Made by a program: the position numbers and the translations under genes
In this document: positions 1 to 7,233 of the stretch, in pieces
Layout: each line of letters begins with the position of its first letter
Numbering within the stretch: the first letter of the stretch is position 1
The notes under the pieces: model-generated
What the model saw: only the letters and a program-made list of their open reading frames with translations
Told to the model about the DNA's origin: nothing
Database searches by the model: none
Assembly: GCA_964612445.1 (NCBI GenBank)
Contig: CAZTBQ010000002.1
Coordinates: 1 to 27,444, forward strand
From: an uncultured Candidatus Saccharibacteria bacterium
GTDB lineage: Bacteria > Patescibacteriota > Minisyncoccia > UBA6257 > 2-01-FULL-56-20
Direction of reading: 5' to 3'
DNA: 27,444 nucleotides

Positions 1-2
1 AC

Positions 3-1283
3 ACCTCTCTTAACTTATTTTCCTCTGATGTAGTAAATGGCTTCATGGGAACTTCCACAATAATCTACGTATCTATCCCAGACTCATCTCCAACCTGTGC
101 CAATTTAGGACTTCCAACACTGGCAACTTCTTCATATACATATAATTGCGTAACAACTCAAAATCTCCGCAAAACTGATGGCACCGGTTGGATTCCGGTT
201 AACTTCCAAAGAATCTCATCTAATTCTCCAATTTCACAACTTCCAATAGACCCACAAAATACAACTACCACCAACTCCTATTACACTTACATAACTGGAG
301 GTTCTTGGAAGCTAACCGCAGTATCTCTAGAATCTCAAAAATACATAGCTCAAGGTAACACCGATGGAGGAACAGCTCCATCTTCATTTGAAATGGGTAA
401 TAATATGTCACTCGGGTCAACTGTATTTCCAAACAACTGGATTAAAGTCCCCGGAAACTCCACCTTTGGAACATCCGACTTCTGGGTTATGAAATATGAA
501 GCAAAGTGCGCGGATACGAGTGGAAATTTACTCACAACTCCAACTGAATCTACATACCAAATCTACAATGCTCATGGCGCTGGCGGAACTGCTTGTACTT
601 CTGCTAACTCCAGATATGTAACTTCGGCTCCAACTGGATATCCGATAACTCGGATCGCCCAAAACAAAGCGGGCGCAGATAATGATGCTATCGAATACTG
701 CCAATCTATCGGGGCACGCCTAATTACCAACAACGAATGGCAAACTATTTCTTGGAATGTACAAAATGTTTCTTCCAACTGGAGTGGGGGTTCGGTCGGG
801 AGTGTGTACATGAGCAGAGGCAATTCAAATGGTTCCGCAGCACAAATTGCATCCGCAGACGACACAAACTCAACCTACCTTACCGGATACACTGATTTTA
901 CCCATAGGAGAACTCATTCACTTTCCAACGGACAAACAATTTGGGATTTAGCTGGTAACGTTTGGGAGTGGACCAACGACACAATCACTGGAGCGAATCA
1001 ACCGTACGCGACAACTCCAGGTTTTGCATGGAGACAGTTCAATACAATCACAACTTGGGGAACGATGACTCAACAAACTGCAGGTCCCTCCAATAATACT
1101 TGGAGCACAACTCAAGGAATGGGACAAATTTATTCCGATGGCACAGGTTCAAATGCTACTAACTACGCTTTCTTCCGTGGTGGCCGTTGGCTCAATGGCA
1201 CGTACGCCGGAGTAGAGACGTTGGCTCTGGACAATGGCCCGACGATTACGGCCGGCGACATTGGCTTCCGTTGTGCCCGGTAG
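3..1283 (+). CDS. 5'-truncated putative surface protein: pilin-like N-terminal region plus C-terminal FGE-sulfatase/C-type lectin-fold (CLec) domain; probable DGR target
   Basis: Frame is open from base 3 (TSLNLFSSDVVNGF precede the ORF-track Met at 45), so the true start is upstream of the window. CLec/SUMF1-like motifs: KYEAK, AIEYCQSIGARLITNNEW, IWDLAGNVWEW, RGG-x-W, terminal GFRCAR. LPIDPQN...YYTY resembles pilin/GspG-like motifs. Confidence 0.8.
   Translation, partial: TSLNLFSSDVVNGFMGTSTIIYVSIPDSSPTCANLGLPTLATSSYTYNCVTTQNLRKTDGTGWIPVNFQRISSNSPISQLPIDPQNTTTTNSYYTYITGGSWKLTAVSLESQKYIAQGNTDGGTAPSSFEMGNNMSLGSTVFPNNWIKVPGNSTFGTSDFWVMKYEAKCADTSGNLLTTPTESTYQIYNAHGAGGTACTSANSRYVTSAPTGYPITRIAQNKAGADNDAIEYCQSIGARLITNNEWQTISWNVQNVSSNWSGGSVGSVYMSRGNSNGSAAQIASADDTNSTYLTGYTDFTHRRTHSLSNGQTIWDLAGNVWEWTNDTITGANQPYATTPGFAWRQFNTITTWGTMTQQTAGPSNNTWSTTQGMGQIYSDGTGSNATNYAFFRGGRWLNGTYAGVETLALDNGPTITAGDIGFRCAR
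1176..1283 (+). other. Putative DGR variable region (VR)
   Basis: 68/108 nt G+C (63%, counted), clearly above the gene body; all four Thr codons are ACG. Positions that are Asn in typical template repeats carry NNC/NNT codons (CGT, CTC, TAC, GCT, GAC, ATT, GCC, GGC, GAC). Confidence 0.75.
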
Positions 1284-1350
1284 ATATTATTTGATCCCGC
1301 ACTAAACCGGGCATAGTCCTTGAGATGGCGATCGTTGCATGGTTTCAGGG

Positions 1351-1380
1351 ACCAAGCACTATGAGTACATAGTACTCGGT
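1351..1380. repeat. 30-nt hairpin repeat (family H), copy 1
   Basis: ACCAAGCACTATG-AGTA-CATAGTACTCGGT, 13-bp stem with 2 mismatches; homologous to 8649-8678. Confidence 0.7.
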
Positions 1381-1411
1381 CAACCGCCAGTACAGGCGGT
1401 TGACTTATTTT
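1379..1411 (+). terminator. Perfect 10-bp hairpin followed by T-rich tract; possible terminator or REP-like palindrome
   Basis: GTCAACCGCC-AGTACA-GGCGGTTGAC then TTATTTT. Confidence 0.55.
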
Positions 1412-1428
1412 CAATTATTTACTATCAT
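1400..1428 (+). promoter_or_regulatory. Sigma70-type promoter for rpsL operon
   Basis: TTGACT (1400-1405), 17-nt spacer, TATCAT (1423-1428), 36 nt before the rpsL ATG. Confidence 0.7.
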
Positions 1429-1464
1429 CTTTAAACATATTCCCAGACAGGGAAGTTAGTTTTT

Positions 1465-1890
1465 ATGCCGACAATACATCAATTAATTAAAAAAGGGAGA
1501 AAGTCGCTGAAGACCAAAACAAAGTCTCCGGCTTTTTCGTACTATTTTAACCACATTCAAAATAAGCGAGTTGATTCTCCGTCTCCGTTCAAGAGAGGAG
1601 TTTGCTTGAAAGTTTTTACCACCACTCCAAAGAAACCAAACTCAGCCTTGCGAAAAGTTTGCCGTGTTCGTTTGACTAATGGAATGGAAACCACTGCTTA
1701 TATTCCAGGAGAAGGACACAACTTACAGGAACACTCTATCGTTGTTCTCCGCGGAGGAAGAGTTAAAGATTTGCCGGGTGTTAGATATCACGTTGTTCGT
1801 GGTGTTTTGGATACTTCCGGAGTTGATAACCGAAAACAGCAGAGATCAAAGTATGGTTCTAAGAAAAATGCCGGAGCAGCCAAAAAATAG
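1465..1890 (+). CDS. rpsL: 30S ribosomal protein S12
   Basis: [39 protein letters not shown] motifs; long-loop form. Confidence 0.99.
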   Translation: MPTIHQLIKKGRKSLKTKTKSPAFSYYFNHIQNKRVDSPSPFKRGVCLKVFTTTPKKPNSALRKVCRVRLTNGMETTAYIPGEGHNLQEHSIVVLRGGRVKDLPGVRYHVVRGVLDTSGVDNRKQQRSKYGSKKNAGAAKK

Positions 1891-1893
1891 TAG

Positions 1894-2058
1894 GTGAGCG
1901 TAGCGAACCTACCGAGCACATAAATTAACCAACAAAAAATGAAATTTACTGATATAAAAACAAATGAATTGGTCGGAAGCAGGGCATATAGTGATATGTG
2001 CTCGGTGCTCAATTCTGTAGATAAATTTTTATCGTCTACAGACTCAAAAATTTAAACA
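1894..2058 (+). repeat. Structured intergenic element (family T), copy 1
   Basis: TGAGCGTAGCGAACCTACCGAGCACATAA, 72-nt unique spacer, ATGTGCTCGGTGCT, then a TGTAG..CTACA hairpin; matches 2538-2703. Confidence 0.85.
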
Positions 2059-2068
2059 TAATTGGCAA

Positions 2069-2536
2069 ATGCGAAAAAAGAGAGTTTATAAAAAACATTA
2101 CAAAGCAGATACTAAACACGGAAGAATTGATCTTGGCCGATTGATTAACTACGTCATGTGCGACGGAAAGAAATCTATTGCTGAGAAAGTTGTTTATGAT
2201 GCATTAGATATTATCGCTAAAGAAACCAAAGAAGACGCATTGGTTGTTTTTGATAGAGCGATGGAAAACGCATCTCCAATTTTGGAAGTTGCTTCTAAGC
2301 GTGTTGGTGGAGCTAACTATCAGGTTCCGCGAGAAGTAAGCCCTGCTCGAAAATTTGTTTTAGCTTTAAGGTGGATGGTGGAAGCCTCTAGAAACGTAAA
2401 AGGCAAGCCAATGGCTGCCAGATTGGCCGCGGAAATAATTGCTGCTTCCAAGAATGAAGGAACTGCCATTAAGAAGAAGCAAGATACTCACAGAATGGCT
2501 GAGGCTAACAGAGCTTTCGCTCATTTCGCCAGATAG
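2069..2536 (+). CDS. rpsG: 30S ribosomal protein S7
   Basis: GKKSIAEKVVY, RVGGANYQVP, HRMAEANRAFAH motifs. Confidence 0.99.
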   Translation: MRKKRVYKKHYKADTKHGRIDLGRLINYVMCDGKKSIAEKVVYDALDIIAKETKEDALVVFDRAMENASPILEVASKRVGGANYQVPREVSPARKFVLALRWMVEASRNVKGKPMAARLAAEIIAASKNEGTAIKKKQDTHRMAEANRAFAHFAR

Positions 2537-2537
2537 T

Positions 2538-2703
2538 TGAGCGTAGCGAAACTACCGAGCACATAAGCTGTGAACTATAAGCAAGTCGCATGGAATATAA
2601 TTTTAAAAATCATTAACCAAGTCGTTAACCCTTGAGCAAATGTGCTCGGTGCTTGTTTTGTAGCTAAATTTTTTCGCTATAAATCAGGCTCAAAATTTAG
2701 ACA
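2538..2703 (+). repeat. Structured intergenic element (family T), copy 2
   Basis: 5' 29 nt match copy 1 at 28/29; 3' arm ATGTGCTCGGTGCT is identical; 73-nt unrelated spacer. Confidence 0.85.
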
Positions 2704-2712
2704 AAACTAAGC

Positions 2713-4818
2713 ATGCCGCGAATATATCCATTAGAAAAAATTAGGAACATCGGAATTATTGCTCATATTGATGCCGGAAAGACTACTACTTCTGAGCGTG
2801 TTCTTTTCTATACCGGAGTTTCTCACAAAATTGGCGAAGTTCACGAAGGAGCAGCAGTAATGGATTGGATGGAGCAGGAGAGAGAGCGTGGTATCACAAT
2901 TACTTCCGCGGCAACCACGGCTTTTTGGGTTCCAACTTATCGAAAGGGAGATAAAAATTACGAATATCGCTTTAACTTAATTGATACTCCTGGACATATA
3001 GACTTTACTGTTGAAGTTAAAAGATCGCTACGTGTTTTGGACGGCGCAGTAATGGTTTTTGACGGTGTTTCTGGTGTTGAGCCACAATCGGAAACCAATT
3101 GGAGATATGCTGATGACTATCAAGTTCCAAGATTATGTTTTATAAATAAATTAGATAGGATGGGGGCAAGTTTTGTTAATGGATTGGCTTCTATCCACGA
3201 TAGGTTGACTCCAAATGCTGTTGCTATTCAGCTTCCTATTGGGTTGGAGGCGGAACACAAAGGAGTTGTAGATCTTATCAGGATGACCGCTTTTGAATTT
3301 CAGGGTGCTCATGGCGAGAACATTATCGAGATTCCGATTCCTAATGACATGAATGAAGATGTGGCTAAATATCGCCATACTTTAGTTGAAAAAATTGCGG
3401 ATACAGATGATTCTTTGATGTCCAAATATTTAGACGGAGTCGAAATAACTGTAGATGAATTTAAAAAAGCCCTTAGAAAAGCGACCATCGCTAATACTTT
3501 GGTTCCGGTTTTGTGTGGTACCGCTTTAAAGAATAAAGGCGTGCAATTTATGTTGGACGCAGTTGTGGATTATTTACCATCTCCGCTAGACATCCCACCA
3601 ATTAAAGCTATTGACCAGAACACTGGAGTCGAAGTTCCAAGACATTCATCTGACACCGAGCCATTCACTGCATTGGCATTTAAGATCGCAACCGATCCTT
3701 ACGTTGGAACTTTAACTTACTTTAGAAATTATTCCGGAGTTTTGAAGAAAGGTTCTTATGTTTTAAATACTACCAAAGGACAGCAAGAGCGTATTGGACG
3801 TATTGTTCGTATGCACGCTAATGATCGAGAAGAAGTTGATGAAGTCTTTGCCGGAGAGATCGCCGCTATTGTAGGACTTAAAGGGACTACTACTGGCGAC
3901 ACTTTGACCGATCCGACAGCTCCGGTTGTTTTGGAATCTATTACATTCCCTGAGCCGGTTATCGGAATTAGAATTGAGCCGAAGACTAAGGCTGACCAGG
4001 AAAAAATGGGCAATGCTTTACATCGTTTGGCCGAAGAAGATCCAACTTTCCGCGTGGAGGGTGATAACGAAACTGGTGAGACTATTATTTCCGGTATGGG
4101 TGAACTTCACTTGGAAATTATTGTGGATCGTATGAAGCGCGAATTTAATGTTGAAGCCAATGTCGGCAGACCGCAGGTTGCTTATAAGGAAACCATTTTG
4201 GGCGAAGCTGAAGCCGAAGGAAAATATATTCGTCAGTCTGGAGGTCGTGGTCAGTATGGTCATTGTTGGTTGTCCGTGAAGCCTTTGGAACGCGGAAAAG
4301 GATTTGAATTTATCAATGCTATTAAGGGAGGCGCAATTCCACAAGAATTTATTTCTCCGATCGAAAAAGGTGTAAAAGAAGCGGTTAGTCGTGGTGTAGT
4401 TGCCGGATACCCGATTATGGACATAGAAGTCAAACTTTTTGATGGATCTTATCATGAAGTCGATTCTTCGGAAGCCGCGTTTAAGATGGCCGCCTCTATG
4501 GCTTTGCAGGAGGCAGCTAAGAACGCCAAGCCGGTTATTTTGGAACCGATTATGAAAGTTCAGATAATTATTCCGATGGATTACTTGGGTGAGGTTACCG
4601 GTAACGTTAACTCTAAGAGAGGAAGAATTGATGCGATCAACGATCGTGGAAACACTAAGATTATTGATTGTAAGATTCCGCTTTCGGAAATGTTCGGATA
4701 TGTTACCGAGTTGCGTTCAATGACTCAAGGACGAGGAAGCTCCACTATGGAATTTGATCATTACGAGCCAACTCCGAAGAACATTGAGGCAGAGATCGTT
4801 AGTGGAAAACGTAAATAG
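2713..4818 (+). CDS. fusA: Elongation factor G
   Basis: [52 protein letters not shown] motifs; 701 aa. Confidence 0.99.
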   Translation: MPRIYPLEKIRNIGIIAHIDAGKTTTSERVLFYTGVSHKIGEVHEGAAVMDWMEQERERGITITSAATTAFWVPTYRKGDKNYEYRFNLIDTPGHIDFTVEVKRSLRVLDGAVMVFDGVSGVEPQSETNWRYADDYQVPRLCFINKLDRMGASFVNGLASIHDRLTPNAVAIQLPIGLEAEHKGVVDLIRMTAFEFQGAHGENIIEIPIPNDMNEDVAKYRHTLVEKIADTDDSLMSKYLDGVEITVDEFKKALRKATIANTLVPVLCGTALKNKGVQFMLDAVVDYLPSPLDIPPIKAIDQNTGVEVPRHSSDTEPFTALAFKIATDPYVGTLTYFRNYSGVLKKGSYVLNTTKGQQERIGRIVRMHANDREEVDEVFAGEIAAIVGLKGTTTGDTLTDPTAPVVLESITFPEPVIGIRIEPKTKADQEKMGNALHRLAEEDPTFRVEGDNETGETIISGMGELHLEIIVDRMKREFNVEANVGRPQVAYKETILGEAEAEGKYIRQSGGRGQYGHCWLSVKPLERGKGFEFINAIKGGAIPQEFISPIEKGVKEAVSRGVVAGYPIMDIEVKLFDGSYHEVDSSEAAFKMAASMALQEAAKNAKPVILEPIMKVQIIIPMDYLGEVTGNVNSKRGRIDAINDRGNTKIIDCKIPLSEMFGYVTELRSMTQGRGSSTMEFDHYEPTPKNIEAEIVSGKRK

Positions 4819-4823
4819 TGGCG

Positions 4824-4901
4824 TCCCGATTCGGGGCTTCCCCCGAATCGAGGATCCTCGATTTCTTAATCCGCGACTTTTGTCGCGGATAGAAATCGGG
4901 A
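4824..4901. repeat. REP-like nested palindrome cluster
   Basis: CGATTCGGGG-CTTC-CCCCGAATCG (4827-4850) and ATCCGCGAC-TTTT-GTCGCGGAT (4869-4890), enclosed by TCCCGATT/AATCGGGA. Confidence 0.65.
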
Positions 4902-4939
4902 GAAAGAGGAAATAGTAATTGATTTAGAACTAGAAATAC

Positions 4940-4970
4940 CACAAAACCCGCCAACCTGGCGGGTTTTGTG
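4940..4970 (+). terminator. Intrinsic (bidirectional-type) terminator after fusA
   Basis: CACAAAACCCGCCA-ACC-TGGCGGGTTTTGTG, 14-bp perfect stem including A and T tracts. Confidence 0.75.
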
Positions 4971-4992
4971 TTTATGTCGTTGCAAAATTGTG

Positions 4993-5051
4993 CCCCGCCG
5001 AGTAGGCGGGGTTTCTAACCCCTAAGCTCGCAAACTCGCTAAGGGGATTAG
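4993..5051. repeat. Two REP-like hairpins upstream of the tuf promoter
   Basis: CCCCGCC-GAGTA-GGCGGGG (4993-5011) and CTAACCCCT...AGGGGATTAG (5015-5051). Confidence 0.55.
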
Positions 5052-5055
5052 TTAA

Positions 5056-5083
5056 TTGACAAAAAAGCACATTTGACTAGAAT
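5056..5083 (+). promoter_or_regulatory. Sigma70-type promoter for tuf-rpsJ
   Basis: TTGACA (5056-5061), 16-nt spacer, TAGAAT (5078-5083). Confidence 0.7.
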
Positions 5084-5188
5084 TAGATGACTGCTGGGAG
5101 TGGTTTCCTGGCATAAAATATAAACAAAAAACAAGTCGATTAATTTAATTTCAATAGAGGATCGCTTTTAGCGTGACTCAAAAAAATT

Positions 5189-6388
5189 ATGGCAGAAAAA
5201 GAAAAATTTACTCGCGGTAAGCCACACGTTAACGTTGGTACTATTGGCCACGTTGACCAGGGTAAAACAACCCTCACCGCGGCCATTACTCATGTTTTAC
5301 ACATGAAAGGTTTGGCGAAAAAATCAGAGGGAGTCGATGATATCGATAACGCTCCGGAAGAAAAAGCTCGTGGTATTACCATTGCGATTCACCACTCCGA
5401 GTACGAGTCCGAAAAGAGACACTATGCTCACATTGATGCACCAGGTCACGCGGACTACATTAAAAACATGATCACCGGTGCCGCCCAGATGGACGGTGCA
5501 GTATTGGTTGTCGCAGCTACTGATGGTCCTATGCCTCAGACTCGAGAACACATCCTTTTGGCTTACCAGGTCGGTGTGCCGAAAATCGTTGTTTTCTTGA
5601 ACAAGTGCGATATGGTTGATGATCCAGAACTCATCGATTTGGTAGAGTCTGAAGTTCGAGAGCTTTTGAAGAAATATAACTATGATGGAGATGCTACTCC
5701 AGTTATCCGTGGTTCAGCTTTGAAGGCTTTGAATGCGACCGCTGTTGACAGTGCCGATGCTAAACCGATTGTTGATTTGGTTCAGGCTTTGGATGATTTT
5801 ATTCCGGAACCTGTTCGAGAACTCGATAAACCAGCTCTTATGCCTATCGAAGATATTTTCTCTATCGAAGGACGTGGAACTGTTGTTACCGGACGTATTG
5901 AACGTGGAGTCGTTAAAGTTAACGATGAAATGGAAATCATTGGTTTGCGACCAACTGTAAAGACGGTTGTAACCGGTATTGAAATGTTCAACAAACTTTT
6001 GGACGAAGGACAGGCCGGCGATAACGTCGGAATCTTGCTCCGAGGTTTGAAGAAGGAAGATGTCGAACGCGGTCAGGTTATTGCCAAGCCGGGTTCCGTC
6101 ACTCCTCACACCGAATTTGATTGTGAAGTTTACATTCTTTCAAAAGAAGAAGGTGGACGACACACCCCATTCTTTAAAGGATATAAGCCACAGTTTTACA
6201 TCCGAACCACTGACGTTACCGGTGAAGTAACTTTGCCGGAAGGTTCAGAAATGGTTATGCCTGGTGATACAGTTAAACTTAAAGTTAAACTTATTTCTCC
6301 AGTTGCATTGGAAGAAAAGCAGAGGTTTGCTATCCGCGAAGGTGGTAAAACCGTCGGTGCTGGTGTTGTAACTAAGATCAACGCCTAA
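5189..6388 (+). CDS. tuf: Elongation factor Tu
   Basis: [55 protein letters not shown] motifs. Confidence 0.99.
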   Translation: MAEKEKFTRGKPHVNVGTIGHVDQGKTTLTAAITHVLHMKGLAKKSEGVDDIDNAPEEKARGITIAIHHSEYESEKRHYAHIDAPGHADYIKNMITGAAQMDGAVLVVAATDGPMPQTREHILLAYQVGVPKIVVFLNKCDMVDDPELIDLVESEVRELLKKYNYDGDATPVIRGSALKALNATAVDSADAKPIVDLVQALDDFIPEPVRELDKPALMPIEDIFSIEGRGTVVTGRIERGVVKVNDEMEIIGLRPTVKTVVTGIEMFNKLLDEGQAGDNVGILLRGLKKEDVERGQVIAKPGSVTPHTEFDCEVYILSKEEGGRHTPFFKGYKPQFYIRTTDVTGEVTLPEGSEMVMPGDTVKLKVKLISPVALEEKQRFAIREGGKTVGAGVVTKINA

Positions 6389-6422
6389 ATAGCTCTTAAA
6401 CCAAAAACTTAGCCAATTTTAA

Positions 6423-6749
6423 ATGGCAAAGAAAGAAGAAGCACAGCAAAAATTAAGGTTAAGGATTCGCGCATACGATCACAAGCTTATCGACAATTCT
6501 ACTCGTTTGATTATTGAAACGGCCGAGAAGAATGACGCAAAGATTGTTGGTCCTATCCCGCTTCCGACCGAGATTAAAAAATATACCGTAAACCGCTCGA
6601 CCTTTATCGATAAAAACTCGAGAGAGCAATTTGAGTTAAGGGTTCACAAGCGACTTATAGATATTATGAATCCAGGTCCGAAGATAATTGAATCACTTTC
6701 AAATCTTAATTTGCCTGCTGGCGTAGATATTGAAATTAAATTAATCTAA
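6423..6749 (+). CDS. rpsJ: 30S ribosomal protein S10
   Basis: [42 protein letters not shown]. Confidence 0.99.
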   Translation: MAKKEEAQQKLRLRIRAYDHKLIDNSTRLIIETAEKNDAKIVGPIPLPTEIKKYTVNRSTFIDKNSREQFELRVHKRLIDIMNPGPKIIESLSNLNLPAGVDIEIKLI

Positions 6750-6774
6750 TCGCACATCTCGTGTGATATGAATA

Positions 6775-6805
6775 CAAAAAACGGCTCCGCGAGGGCCGTT
6801 TTTTG
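6775..6805 (+). terminator. Intrinsic terminator after rpsJ
   Basis: AAAAAACGGCTCC-GCGA-GGGCCGTTTTTT; GNRA loop and T tract. Confidence 0.8.
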
Positions 6806-6806
6806 G

Positions 6807-6977
6807 TTTTTCCAGCAGAAGACGTTTTTATTTTGATTTCGTCGGGTCGCTGTCTAGCTCCTCCTGCGGGAGCTAGCGCTGCCGCTCGTTCACTTTGCTC
6901 TCGCAAAGCGAGAGACCAAGCCAAAGTGAACTGCGCGACACCCGCCGAAATTAAAATAAAAGAGTCGGTTGGAAAAA
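6807..6977. repeat. Multi-branch palindromic element (family M), copy A
   Basis: Outer arms TTTTATTTTGATTTCGTCGGG / CCCGCCGAAATTAAAATAAAA; inner CTAGCTCC-TCCTGCG-GGAGCTAG; GTTCACTTTG[CTCTCGC-AAA-GCGAGAG]ACCAAGC-CAAAGTGAAC. Confidence 0.7.
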
Positions 6978-7233
6978 CTTGGTTGAAAATAAGTGATTAA
7001 GAACAAATTTCGATGTCCTGCCACAAACAGAAATATCGGCGGTTTTAAAACTTATTTTACGAGTGGTGACAGGGCGAAGACAGAGACCAAGCCAAAATGA
7101 ACTGTTTACGGTGAGCATAGTCGAACCGCGCGATACCCCTTATAGGTAAAATATATTTCAAATAGCAAGATAGCAGTTAAGAAAACTTATTTGACGAGTG
7201 GTGAGTGTGGGAGAATTGATTTATTATTCAATC

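Noticed and set aside
1163-1414. 83-aa antisense ORF across the VR and downstream hairpins
   Set aside because: No recognisable motif; it overlaps a confident gene, and the GC-rich palindromic sequence explains the lack of stops.
1465-1890. Streptomycin-resistance substitutions in S12
   Set aside because: The KKPNSA and RVKDLPG motifs are wild type.
6736-7000. ORFs 6803-7000 (+) and 6736-6924 (-)
   Set aside because: They run through a terminator and the family M palindrome and lack start signals or protein-like features.
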